Positions 48,154 to 59,800 of a DNA stretch of 64,000 bases are shown here, piece after piece (position 1 is the stretch's first letter; every line of letters begins with the position of its first letter). The DNA is taken from assembly GCA_002269645.1 (NCBI GenBank), contig NIVC01003209.1, positions 1-64,000 on the forward strand, given 5' to 3'. The notes beneath the pieces are model-generated. The model was not told the DNA's origin, did no database searches, and saw only the letters and a list, made by a program, of their open reading frames with translations. The DNA comes from Macrostomum lignano (lineage: Eukaryota). The position numbers and the translations under genes were made by a program.

Positions 48154-49251
48154 TTAACAAAGTAACACCATTATCAAATACCTTTTGTACGGGGTTTTTA
48201 GTAGTATTATTAATTTAGTATTATTAGTAATATCAAATTCGGGATTAACATATTTAAATTCTAATAACTTTTGAATATTTCTAAATCTACTTGATGAATT
48301 ATCTGTATTATCAGAAGATTTTAACTCTAACGCAATTTTTCTTTCGGTATGAATTAAATCAATTTTATTTACTTTTTCAAAACCAAAATGTTTAATAGCT
48401 AATAATTCATAAAGATATCCAAGTCTCATTTGAATTGTTTTAATACGGTTTGCAATTATTAATTCATCTTGAAATATTTTATTTAGTATTCTGTCAGAAT
48501 CAACCTTATCACAAATAGGTTTACAAAGACAATCTTTTATCGTATTTTCCATTTTTTTTAAAAAATTTTTAAAATTTAAATTAATTCCTGTATGTCCTGC
48601 AGCTTTCGCAGCAGCTAAAACAAGTTTTCGCGGAGTTTTAAATCCTTCACCAACAGCTGGTTTGTTATTTATAGAATCAACAAACCTTTTATACAAACTA
48701 GTATTTTTAGCAGCTTTCACTCCCAACTCATCATAAAAAATTTTAGCACTTACTAATTCGTCCCTACTATATAAATCAGGGTTAAATCTTACCCTAGGGT
48801 TCATAATAATATTATATGCCCCACCCAATTCTCTATATAGCTCATTCCGATTTTTATCAATCCCACCAATTCGATAATTATCATTACCTAAATCTGTCAC
48901 AGCAATACTACGTGGCGCATCTCTTGGAAATTGTTCAACTCCGCCCCTTTCTCCAGCCCTAATCTCTGCAACTCTCAATAGTGCTTGATCAACATCATAA
49001 GTAGGCGGCTCATCCAAAATTTCATCCTCTTTTGGCTCCGTATTCTTAGCAATTTTTTCAAGAAGGTCTTTATCTGTTTTTTCTAGTTCACTAATTTTCC
49101 CCGTTATAGGATTAACAAAAAGGGCAGCAAATTTCTCACCAGCTAGCTGTATTCCTAACTTTCTTTTTTGTAAGTTTCTAACAAAATCAGAATATCTTTG
49201 GTTCTCTTTATAAATCGCTAACTCTCCATCAACATCCATAAATTGACTCAT
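48154..49251 (-). CDS. Polinton ORF: unknown N-terminal part plus C-terminal PD-(D/E)xK endonuclease-like domain (Eco47II-like), frameshifted near the end
   Basis: MRLGYLYE...KIDL...IALELKSSDNTDNSSSRFRNIQKL; another frame near 48190 continues GVTLLSGEFGLNFLYG. Confidence 0.5.
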   Translation of the reverse strand: MSQFMDVDGELAIYKENQRYSDFVRNLQKRKLGIQLAGEKFAALFVNPITGKISELEKTDKDLLEKIAKNTEPKEDEILDEPPTYDVDQALLRVAEIRAGERGGVEQFPRDAPRSIAVTDLGNDNYRIGGIDKNRNELYRELGGAYNIIMNPRVRFNPDLYSRDELVSAKIFYDELGVKAAKNTSLYKRFVDSINNKPAVGEGFKTPRKLVLAAAKAAGHTGINLNFKNFLKKMENTIKDCLCKPICDKVDSDRILNKIFQDELIIANRIKTIQMRLGYLYELLAIKHFGFEKVNKIDLIHTERKIALELKSSDNTDNSSSRFRNIQKLLEFKYVNPEFDITNNTKLIILLKTPYKRYLIMVLLC

Positions 49252-49285
49252 TTTTTAACATAAAAAACTTTTTTAACTTTAAAAA

Positions 49286-50767
49286 ATGGCCGAAACAAAA
49301 ACCATATGGAGTGATAAATTTCATTTCAAAAAGCATCGCCAGTATATTAATGAGATCAGGGCAAGAGATATAAATTTTACTCAACCAACAAGCGATAATT
49401 CAAACAATTTTACTACGGGAACCATAACTTTTGACATCGGCGCAACCAACAGCATATTGGATATGAAAAATGCGTTTTTCCGCGTTAGATGGCTGTATAC
49501 CAGAAATGATGGAACTGCTCTTGCAGCTGTTGATATTGCAGATCGTTCTGGTATTATTATAGAAAACGATTGGTTTTATAAATGTTTTTCACAAGCCCAA
49601 CTAACAGTTAATGGAGCCGACGTTGAGACAGCATCAAACCCAGCAGAGATTAATGGAGTTTTGAAACATTTAAATTATACTTATTTATCAAAACAAGTTG
49701 GTGATAGTGTTGGATGGATGCCGGATAAGGGTAATGGACAAGCGGTAGTGTTCCCCAACGTACAAAACGCAGCTGGCGCAGATACCGCAGCTCTTATTGC
49801 TTATCTTAATACCAATATAGTTCCAGTTGTAACTACAATGACTAACACAAAAGATATTAACACTGGTTTTATAGATCGTCAGAATAAATTCCCAGTCGCG
49901 GTTTTAACCACAGCAACTGCATATGAACAGGACTTTTCAATCTTCCCACTATTTGGGTTCTTCTCACCAAATCGGGTATGGAAAGGATTAAAATTTGGTA
50001 TTCAGTTGCAAATATCTGGTGGATATCAGCCTAGGATACTTTATGGAAATTCGATTTCAACCGATATAGCAGTTCGTATAGCTTCAATTCAATTAGCAGT
50101 ACCAACTATTGAGGTAACAGCCCCACTTTTAAAACATATCAACGATCAGTTAATGCTTGATCAGGAAGTATTTTATTTGAATCGTCGGCACTTTATGCGA
50201 ACTATTAATAACAATCAGGATTTTTTCCAGTGGCAGATAATGCCAACAAGCCGTCGGGTGAGATATATTTTTGTTTGGTTTAAGATAACAAATAGAAGGA
50301 GTAAAAGAGCAAACGGGGATTTATATTGGCTTCAATCAGGAGACGTAGCAGCACAGGCAGCCACCGCAACCGACAATGCGGTTTCAGCTATTAACGAGTT
50401 TAATGTCCAGGATATTCGCCTAGTGGTTGATGATCAATATTATCCAGTTGCAAGACCTCTTAATCTAAACATAGCAAATAATAATGTTAATGATTTTATA
50501 AAATATTATCAGGATTATGTCAAAAATGAAGCGTATGCTGTTCCTCAGTACACACCAACGGAGTTTCTAAACATTCACCCAATAGTTGTTTTTGATCTAA
50601 CCGCACAGAAAGAAAATGTATCCAACGATGGTTTGAATTATATGTTGGAGATTAATAAAACCGGTAATCAGGCATTAGATGCCCACGTGTTGTTTCTAGA
50701 GGAATTTATGTCAATTGCTAAAGCAGACGGCACCATTGTTAAGGAAGCACCCATAGATAAAAAGTAG
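49286..50767 (+). CDS. Major capsid protein (double jelly roll), 493 aa, intact
   Basis: Polinton MCP-type motifs FSQAQLTVNGADVE, RYIFVWF, PIVVFDLTAQKE; size and position next to the ATPase. Confidence 0.8.
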   Translation: MAETKTIWSDKFHFKKHRQYINEIRARDINFTQPTSDNSNNFTTGTITFDIGATNSILDMKNAFFRVRWLYTRNDGTALAAVDIADRSGIIIENDWFYKCFSQAQLTVNGADVETASNPAEINGVLKHLNYTYLSKQVGDSVGWMPDKGNGQAVVFPNVQNAAGADTAALIAYLNTNIVPVVTTMTNTKDINTGFIDRQNKFPVAVLTTATAYEQDFSIFPLFGFFSPNRVWKGLKFGIQLQISGGYQPRILYGNSISTDIAVRIASIQLAVPTIEVTAPLLKHINDQLMLDQEVFYLNRRHFMRTINNNQDFFQWQIMPTSRRVRYIFVWFKITNRRSKRANGDLYWLQSGDVAAQAATATDNAVSAINEFNVQDIRLVVDDQYYPVARPLNLNIANNNVNDFIKYYQDYVKNEAYAVPQYTPTEFLNIHPIVVFDLTAQKENVSNDGLNYMLEINKTGNQALDAHVLFLEEFMSIAKADGTIVKEAPIDKK

Positions 50768-50786
50768 TTAAATTATATCCTTAAAA

Positions 50787-51554
50787 ACGGTAAAAGCAAA
50801 ACACGATAAGATATTTCCAAATGATCCTTTTCTTTGTTTAGTAATTGGTGGGTCTGGCAAAGGAAAAACCCACTTTGTTTATGACGTGTTAACAACCGAC
50901 GGAATGTTAGACTATAATAATTTAATAATTTATACTAACAAACCCCGAATTAAATATTATGAATTTCTTAAACATGGATTAAAAAACAAATTAAAAAAAG
51001 ATGTCTTGTTTAGAATGTTAAGAGCATATGAGCAATATGAGGATGATGACGAACCACGATTTAATCTAGCAGACATTGAGGATTTATGTAAAACAATGGC
51101 ACAAGAGCCGGAAAATAATGCTAACAACCCCCCAACTGTTAAAATATCAACCCGATTATCCTATGATCAAATTCCAGAACATGATAAAACACTAATTATT
51201 TTTTACGATTGTATTAATGATGGCGATCAAGAATTGCAAAAAGAAATTTTTGTTAGTGGTAGAGGAGATGGAATTGGAGCATTTTATCTTACTCAATCCT
51301 TTAGAGAATTAGAATCGATTATAAAAAAGAACGCAAGTTGTTGTGTAATGTTTGATTTAGATAACTATGATCTACAAAATATACATGCGAGATTTAATCC
51401 TGGGTTGGATGTAAAACCATTCAAAAGCATGTGTAAAAAAATTTGGGATGATAGTCAATACAAACACATATATATCAACCCTAGGTTAGAAAGGAAAAAT
51501 CGAATCTTAAAAGATCTGATACACTATAATGAGGACGAGGATGATCGGACGTAG
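50787..51554 (+). CDS. FtsK/HerA-family (A32-like) packaging ATPase
   Basis: Frame open from aaaaACG at 50787; Walker A GGSGKGKT, degenerate Walker B LIIFYD, YLTQS motif. Confidence 0.85.
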   Translation, partial: TVKAKHDKIFPNDPFLCLVIGGSGKGKTHFVYDVLTTDGMLDYNNLIIYTNKPRIKYYEFLKHGLKNKLKKDVLFRMLRAYEQYEDDDEPRFNLADIEDLCKTMAQEPENNANNPPTVKISTRLSYDQIPEHDKTLIIFYDCINDGDQELQKEIFVSGRGDGIGAFYLTQSFRELESIIKKNASCCVMFDLDNYDLQNIHARFNPGLDVKPFKSMCKKIWDDSQYKHIYINPRLERKNRILKDLIHYNEDEDDRT

Positions 51555-51599
51555 TCCGCGAGCCACTGGCACGATTAAGGTAAGTTTCCCACTATAAAA

Positions 51600-52395
51600 A
51601 TGGCTACAAATTTGGATACTATAAAACAATTGGTAGATCGAACGAGTTCAAAATTTAGTACAACCTTACAGTTTATAATGACAAGTAGTGAGCAGCGGAT
51701 TCAATTGCGCGATCCGATAAAACTCGATCAAACCCTAAGTTATCAAGTTGGTTTGATACTATTTTCGGTTTTTAACATGCCCCAATTAATTAATTCAACA
51801 AATAATCAATTTAGATATTCTAAAGATTCAGGAAGATTCAGGAGCCAATTGGACAACATTTAGCGTTAATCCGGGTGCTTATAGCTATACCGATTTGAAT
51901 GCTTATATAGAGGGAGAATTAACAGCTAATGGTGATTGGGTAGCAGGCGCAATTGTTATAGGGGTTGATTTACCATCTGGTAGATTCACACTATCCCTAG
52001 GATCCGGATATCAGGTTGATTTTACAATTGCATATTCACTCAGAACCATACTAGGATTTAATTCCCGAATAGTTACCACATCAAGCACCGGCGATACAGT
52101 GGGAAACATTGAGGGTGGAGTCAACACAATTAATATAACAACCGACATATCAAACGGTAGTTATATAACAGATGATAAAGGGGTTTTGGTTCAACGTGGG
52201 ATTATTTATACAATCCCGTTTCTTGCGGTTCCAATTGGAGAGAAAATGATTGTTGCACCCCAAACCCCAATATATTATCCTTTAAATCAATATAGCGTTC
52301 AATCAATTTATATTAGGATCGTAGACGAAAGCGATAAGTTAATAAGTTTTGGCGGACAGTCAATAACAGTAATTTTAAGAATAAAACAGGTTTAA
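51600..52395 (+). pseudogene. Minor capsid protein (penton), frameshifted
   Basis: Removing the 10-bp duplication aagattcagg (~51825-51843) joins the two ORFs as FRYSKDSGANWTTFSVNPGAYSYTDLNAYI; C-terminal IRIVDESDKLISFGGQSITVILRI. Confidence 0.8.
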
Positions 52396-52405
52396 CACTG
52401 TAAAA

Positions 52406-52579
52406 ATGGGTAACAACACCGCTTTAAAAAAACAATCAGATAAAGTTCAAAAGGCAAAAGATAATTATGAAATAGAACTAACAAAATTTAAACAACTTCA
52501 AGCAGAAAAAATTCGAAAGGAGTTGTTAAAACCCACGGATACTAAACTAACTAAAACCAAGAGTTTTTCAGGAACATAA
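52406..52579 (+). CDS. 57-aa basic/coiled-coil protein with a possible N-myristoylation site
   Basis: MGNNTALKKQ...SFSGT*; aaaaATG context; fills the gap between the penton and protease genes. Confidence 0.55.
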   Translation: MGNNTALKKQSDKVQKAKDNYEIELTKFKQLQAEKIRKELLKPTDTKLTKTKSFSGT

Positions 52580-52580
52580 A

Positions 52581-53051
52581 ATGACTATGAGTTGGGGCGA
52601 GTTCAAAAAAAGATATGGAACAGACACAACAAGCAATATTGAATTAACAAATTGGGCGAGACAATTAAAAATAAAACCATTTAGATGCGTTATGCGGGAT
52701 GAGATAAAAGACTTACCAAGATATGGATCTTTCATTGTTAATATAGAAACGACAAAAGAAAATGGTGTTCATTGGTCAGCAGTTTATTCAAAACCTAAAC
52801 TTGTTTATTTTTTTGATTCATATGCACTTCCTCCACTACAGGAAATAAAAGACAAATTTAATCATACTAAAAATCGTTTATGTGGAGATTATCACGAACA
52901 GTTTCAAACCTTTGACAAAAGTTATTGTGGACAAGCGGCGTTATATTTTTTATATCGACTTTCGAATGAAGCTCGTGTAAACCCAGAAGTATTTAAGACT
53001 ATCATACAAAGTATGCGACCCTACGGGGCGATTTTAGACTCTATAAAATAG
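52581..53051 (+). CDS. Adenain-like (C5) cysteine protease
   Basis: GVHWSAV, YFFDSY, QFQTFDKSYCGQ give the His-Asp-Gln-Cys set. Confidence 0.9.
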   Translation: MTMSWGEFKKRYGTDTTSNIELTNWARQLKIKPFRCVMRDEIKDLPRYGSFIVNIETTKENGVHWSAVYSKPKLVYFFDSYALPPLQEIKDKFNHTKNRLCGDYHEQFQTFDKSYCGQAALYFLYRLSNEARVNPEVFKTIIQSMRPYGAILDSIK

Positions 53052-53061
53052 GCAGTAAAAA

Positions 53062-55046
53062 ATGTTATTTTCTGGAACACCCTCATGGAATGGAACAACA
53101 AGTACTGGTGGTGGTACATCTGGCGGAATAAGTGTTACATTCGGAGATAACCGATATATTAATGAAGATGAAGGTTATAAAAAAACTGAAATTGATACTA
53201 AACTAAATTTAAAACGGAATGTTGCAGATTCCTATACCAAAACTCAAATCGACGATTCATTAAATCTGAAAAGAGATATAAGTGATTCCTATACCAAAAC
53301 CGAAGTCGATAATTCATTAAATTTGAAACGCAATACAGCCGATTCCTATACCAAAACCGAAGTTGATAATTCATTAAATTTGAAACGCAATACCGCTGAT
53401 TCATATACAAAACAGAAGTTGATAATGGGTTAAATTTAAAAAGAGATATAACTGATTCTTATTCTCGAACTGATTCTGATTCGCGTTATGTTCAAACCAC
53501 CGCAACCGGAACCTTAGATATGGATAACAACCGAATTATAAATGTTTCAATTACAACTAGTAATTCGGTAGTTGATAAGAACTATGTCGATAATCAGGTT
53601 GCTAGTCGTAATGGTAATATTAATATGAATAATTTTAAATTAACAAATTTATTATTTGGGTCAGAGGACGCAGACTCGGTGACTCTAGGCCAAGTAAATG
53701 AGCGAGCTAATGCGACAGACGCCGATATTTTTGCCACACCGCTTACATCAAATACTTCAAATCCTGATGTTGTTCTTACAGCATCCGAAAATACCAACGA
53801 TGCTTTTCGAGTTGGAGATGGAAGCCTTGCGACACAATGGTCACCAAATACCGGAACCACAACCAATATGGAAATTCAATTTGAATTTTTAGGATATAAT
53901 CGAAGAATAAATGAATTAAGAATTACAGGCAGCCCAACAATTGATATCCCATCTGGATGGTCGGTGCGCGCAAAAAATGCTGCTGGCGACGCATGGACGG
54001 TATTAGGAACGTCGGGATCACCAATTCAAGCAACTTCATTTGCGTTAACTAATTTAACGGTTAATTTTTGGAAATATTATAGCGTTTTATTCCCAACTGG
54101 TGGGACAGTTACGCAACCTATCGAAGTTCGCTTAATACAATTATTTGAACACCGGGTTGAAATTCAAGATCTTAATTGGCCGAATCAAATACTTTCTGCA
54201 ACCCCGCGAGCATACGTAGATCAGTTAGCAACCACAACTTCAAATGGTAGAATGTCTGCAGGTGATAAAAATAAATTGGATAATATTCCCGCGATTGATG
54301 CTGCATTATTCGAGACAGTAATTTGCAATTGGACTGGATATCAAAATCCAACAACCGCCGGAGATATATATCCAGTTGGTTCTTTAATTGGCGACGCTTC
54401 TTATATCGATTATCAAAATGGCGCTAGAATTACTCGTGAAACCTCAGGTGTAAGTGGTGCTTTACAATTCAATTTCACACATTTTCAAAATATATCGGCG
54501 TCTTTCTTTTTCCGAGTTGCTTATTCTACAGGAGGTGGTGCAGATGCCGTTTGGTTTTATGCATATTGTCACGAACGCCCAACAACCGAAAGTGGGGCAG
54601 GTTTAGCAACAGACGCCGGATTGATAGTTTTTGCAAGTGAGTGGCATGATAAATTTGGCCTACTTTGGAGTTCTAAAAAATCAGACGGATCAAGCCGCGC
54701 GGATGTTAATACTGACGCGGATCAAACGGTAGACTATGCAAATATTGATAACGGCGATTGGCATTTATTTGAAATTAATATTCTTAATCAAAGGGTTTGG
54801 TATCGATTAAATTCATACAATGTTTCAACAGATGCTTATACTCTAATTGGGCAAAATGTTTTACTTATGATAGTGTGAATTGGGGAACTTTAGATAAATC
54901 TGGAACCCTTATGGGTTTTGGTGGTCGAACCGGAGGATCGGATGCTGCACATTTTATTCGTGGCGCTGCCGTTTGTGGTAGCTCATCGTTTGGTTATGTT
55001 TTTCCATCTACTGGTTATTTAGAAAAACCACCCGTAGCAATATAGG
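53062..55046 (+). pseudogene. Fiber/receptor-binding protein with two frameshifts (~53410, ~54860)
   Basis: 19-aa KRxxxDSYTKTEVDNSLNL repeats, LDMDNNRIINV and INMNNFKLTNL shaft motifs, GRMSAGDKNKLDNI, an F5/8C-like segment and an L-lectin-like segment (GGGADAVWF, DNGDWHLFEI). Confidence 0.7.
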
Positions 55047-55410
55047 GTGAGGACTTCGTCCGTCCGCCTGTGGCAATATAAAATATTTCTATATAAAATG
55101 GCTTTTAGTAGAACCCCATCGATGCGGCAAAATAATGTTATTATTCCCATTCCTAAACAAGAACCGATTATAAAAACTTTTAAATCTCATACCAAATTTT
55201 TATTTAGTACTGTGAATGTTTAGGATAATAAAAAGCTTCAAGAATTAATTAAACTATTAAAAAATCATATTATATTACAAGAGTTTTGGAAGATTGGATT
55301 TAAATGGGAGAAAAAAGAAAGAATAAGTCCGATACAATATCTATTGAGCTCAGGACAAATCCCCAAAGAGCGCGGGGAATTCATTTTGGTGCTATTAAAA
55401 ATAGACGAAA

Positions 55411-55790
55411 ATGTCAGTGTCTGAAGCAGATAAAAGGGAGCGGGACCATTTTAATCAGCGCAAGGGTCACATGTTAATTAATGTTGATCGAATAAATTAT
55501 GATTATGATTTATATAGTAAAAAAGTAAGAAGAGTTTCAAACCATATCAGAAATATGGATTTTTTCAATATTGGTTTTGGAAGTTTATCGATGTTATGTG
55601 TAATCGTTTTAGGTATTTTACAGTCTGTTCCAACTCTTAATTTATCTCAATTATTTTTAGGTATTTCAATTGGTTCAATATCAGGTTTTGAATTAATCAG
55701 AAACTTATCAATACTTTTAGCTATTAAATTATATCTTAAAAAACGAAAGGAAAAATATAAGACCTATAAGACCCATATTATCTTTAACAA
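55411..55790 (+). CDS. Two-TM membrane protein of the Polinton; 3' end probably replaced by unrelated sequence
   Basis: IGFGSLSMLCVIVLGIL...LFLGISIGSISGF followed by basic KKRKEKYK; composition changes after ~55790. Confidence 0.5.
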
Positions 55791-56809
55791 AATTTACTGC
55801 TGTACCTGCCAAATCAAAAAGCCCCTCACCTCGGTATTCAACTGGGTCTCCTACCTGCAATTCATTCAGATTTTGTATATGCGTAACGTGTGCCATTTTT
55901 GTCTATTTTTAGTAACAGAAAAAAGATTGTCTGCATTCCATTTAGACCAGATTTTAGACCAGATTTTTGAAAACGAAAACCAAAACGATAGCCTGGTTTC
56001 GTTTGGTCTAAAATCTGGTCTAAATGGAATGTTGGGTGGGTAGGTGAGCTGACTATAAATACGAGCTAGCTTCTATTCTTTCTCTACCAAAACTTCCAGA
56101 CCCTTCGCGCCTGCGGCGCGTCGGCGGGTTATAGAGTGTTTATGTGTGTTGGGGAGAGTTGGAAGTGTTGGAAGTGTTGGGTACGGTACAAAATTGCCAG
56201 CAAACCAAAGCGAGCGACGAGAGCGTATTCTCATAATTCAAAGAGAATTAATCGTTGTAAGTGTGAAATGAGTTGATTGACCGAAATGAAGCGAGGATGA
56301 GCGAAGCGAGTTGAGCGAAGTGAAGACGAGCGATAATGAAGGGAAAACGAGTCATTTCACACTGATAAAGGGTAAAATTGATTGAATTATGAGAAGGGTT
56401 TGCTGGCCATTTTGTACCGTATATACTACTAACGCACATACCCTAACGGATGCTAAAAATTGAACAATTATGTCAATGCGGAATAAAAATGCAATATTCA
56501 CTCCAACGCGAAAATTTTACAACTTTTTTTTGAATTTAGAAAATATTGTTGAAATCGAAAATAAATATTTTGATAGCAAAATGCGATTTAATATATAGGG
56601 GAATATATAAAGCACCGGGCTGGAACTCGGAAACCACAACTGATTAAAACTCGAAAAGACAGCGGATTTGAATCTTAAAAAACGAATTAGACGCAAAAAA
56701 TACTCAGCCAAGTGACACGCAAAGGCAGCTCTGCTGGAACAGCGCACAAATGCACAACTCAAGCACAAACTGCGCAGGTCGCAGAAATCGTCAAAAAAGA
56801 TTGTCAGAC

Positions 56810-59800
56810 TCACACTAGGACCCAGCCATCGTCAAGAACTTCGCTGCTGCAGTCGCTGGTCGCCTCACTCCGCGCCGGGTCGGGAGCGCGGGGCTGGTGC
56901 GCACGTTTCAGCTTGTTTGCGTGGACCACCCGACCGGTGTCGCCGTCCTTGTAATCGATAGGACGAACCAGGTAGTTCACCGGCGACGTTCGCTGCAGCA
57001 CCCGGAACGGGCCGGTCCAGGGCGCCTGGTGTTTCGGAGCCAGTCCAGTCGTCCTTGAAAGCGCCGCCGGCGGAACGAAAACCCATACGAGGTCGCCCAC
57101 CCGGAATCTGCACCGCTTGGCCTTCCGGTCGTAGTACCGCCGCTGGCGTCGTTGTGCCGTCGCCATCAATCGCCGCACGGAGTCGTAGGCGCGAAGCAGC
57201 TGGTCGCGGTTGTTGGCGGCGAACTGGCCGACTGTCATTGGCGGCTCCGGTGGCCGGTAGACGACGTCAACTGGAAGCGTCATTTCCCGGCCAGTCAGCA
57301 GGCAGTGAGGAGTAAACCCGGTTGTAGCATTGACGCTGCTGCGGTAGGCCAGGAGACAATGCGGCAGCACTTCTTCCCAGTCCTCCGGCTGAACTGACTG
57401 CAGGTGGCAGCGGAGCATCTGGTGCAGAGTGCGGTGGAACCTTTCTACTAGGCCGTCGCACTGCGGATGGTAGCCGGATGTCCGCGTCTTCTGAATCTCC
57501 AGCAGCCGGCACAGGCTCCTGATGACCTTTCCGTCCACGGCCTTGCCACGGTCGGAGTGCAGAATGTGCGGGGCTCCGAAACGCGTCACCCAGTTGTCGA
57601 ACAGTGCCTTGACGATGGTGGCCGCTTTCTCGTCGGGGAGTGGCACCAGCTCGACCCACTTGGTGAAGTAGTCGACAATGGTGAGCAGCCGATCGTTTCC
57701 CCGCCGTGACAGTCCAACTTTGACCACGTCGATGCCCACGCGCTGCATAGGAAATCCACTGGCCATAGTCTGCAGTGGAGCTCGGCGCTGACTCGGTGTC
57801 TTAGCGCGCTGGCACACTTGGCAGGACCTTACCGCTAGGCGAACGCTCTCCGCCATTTTCGGCCAGTAGCAACGCTGCTTGAGGGCTGCCAAGGTCTTGT
57901 CCTCGCCCAGATGCCCAAGCTCATGGACCTCCTCGATGAACTCCTGTCTGCAGCGCGGAATCACAGGCACCGGCTTGGACTTCACCAGCTTGTTCAGGGC
58001 GCCGTCGACGAAACACAGTTCGCCGATCTTCTGTGCCAGAATTAGGCTCTCAGGCGACAGTCGGTCACGTCTGCTGGCGCTGAACCTTGTCTTGCCGTTT
58101 GACAGCAGGCGAAACACCGGGCCGATGTCTAGATCACGGAGCTGCAGTTCACGCAGTGACTGAGACGCATCTGACAGCGCCTCGCCTTCCTTCGCTGATT
58201 TCGTCTTCGCTGGAGTCCTCGCTCTCGCTTGGCCGCGGTTGAAGCTGCTGCTTCCGCCTTGAGGTGCCCTGACGTTCCGGCTCGGCGTTGGTCTGGGCAG
58301 CCGCAGAGGTAGCCGGCGCTGGTTTGGTTGCGTTGGTTTGCACGGAGTTGACTCTGACTGTGTCGACCCGGCCAGCAGGCTCCGCTATTGGCACTGGCGC
58401 CTCGACCGTCGGCTCCGTCTGGCAGGCGGCTGTTGAAGTCTCGGCTGGCGCCACCGCTGTCGTCCCTGGCCGACACACTCGACACTGGCTGGTGCACTTT
58501 TGCTCTCGCCGAGAGAGGGCGTCTGCGTTGCCGTGTTGGCGGCCTCGGCGAAAGACGACCTTGAAGTTGAACTCATCGAGCAGCTGCAGTCATCTGGCCA
58601 GCTGGCCTTCGAGCTCTTTGAATGCCAGCAGATAAATGAGCGCCTGGTGATCCACTCGAACGGTGAAGGCGCGCGGCAGCAGGTAGCTCCGGAACTTCTT
58701 AACAAACTCGACAACAGCCAGGAGCTCGCGCCGCGTCACGCAGTAGTTGCGCTCAGCTCTTGACAGGGCGCGGCTGGCGTAGGCGATAACCCGCTCTTCG
58801 CTCGCCTGCACTTGCGACAGCACCGCGCCGATTGCGCAGTCACTTGCGTCGGTGTCGAGGATGAATTCGGAGCCCGACTCGCTCATGTCCGGGAACGCCA
58901 GGATCGGAGCTGACAGCAGCGCTTGCTTCAGCTGGTTGAAGGCCGCCTCGGCTTCTGGCGTCCACTCGAAGGGCGTCGGCAGTGTAAGGCGGCGCAGAGG
59001 CTCGGCGATCTTGGCGTATTCGCGCACAAATCTTCGGTAGTAGGAGGTCATGCCGAGGAAGCTCTTGACGTCCTTCGAGCTCCGGGGCACCGGCCAGTCC
59101 CGCACAGCCGCGGTTTTGCCCTCATCGACGGTGATGCCGGTCTTGCTGACGCGGTGGCCCAGGACTAACATGCTGGTATTTGCAAATCGGCACTTTGACG
59201 GCTTGAGGCGCAGGTTAAACTCGCGCAGTCGCTCCAGAACTGAACGCAGCCGATCGTTGTGCTGGCCGATGGTCTGGCTCATCATGATGACGTCGTCAAT
59301 GAACACCAGACAGGCCTGCCACGTCAGTCCCCGGAGCACCAGCTGCATGAGCCGCTGAAAGGTGGCTGGTGCATTCCGTAGTCCGAACGGCATCACGTTG
59401 AATTCAAACAGGCCTTCATGGGACACAAATGCCGTCTTCTCCTTGTCCCGGTCATTCATCTCGACTTGCCAGTAGCCACTTTCGAGATCCAGCGCTGAGA
59501 AGTAGCTGTTTCCTTCGAGGGCATCCAGAGTGTCATCGATGCGGGGCATCGGGAATGCATCGGGCTTGGTCACCGCGTTCAGCAGGCGTTAGTCCAAACA
59601 AAATCTGGCCGACCCGTCCTTCTTGCGAACCAGAACTATCGGAGAAGCCCAAGGTGACGACGATGGTCGGACGACTCCCTTTGCCAGCATCTCGTTGACA
59701 AGCTCCTTCTGCTGTGCGATCGCTGTGGGAGCCAGCGCCGCAGTCCTTGGCGAATTGGCCTGGCGTCGCCTGTCTCGATCTTGTGCTTCAACAACTGCGT

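Larger units (their letters stand above)
45130..56430. mobile_element. Polinton/Maverick (adintovirus-like) endogenous virus, 11.3 kb, no pPolB detected
   Basis: ~330-bp TIRs (45130-~45462, ~56102-56430) starting AGTAGT; 6-bp TSD AACGCA (45124-45129, 56431-56436); genes for integrase, MCP, ATPase, penton, adenain and fiber. Confidence 0.95.
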
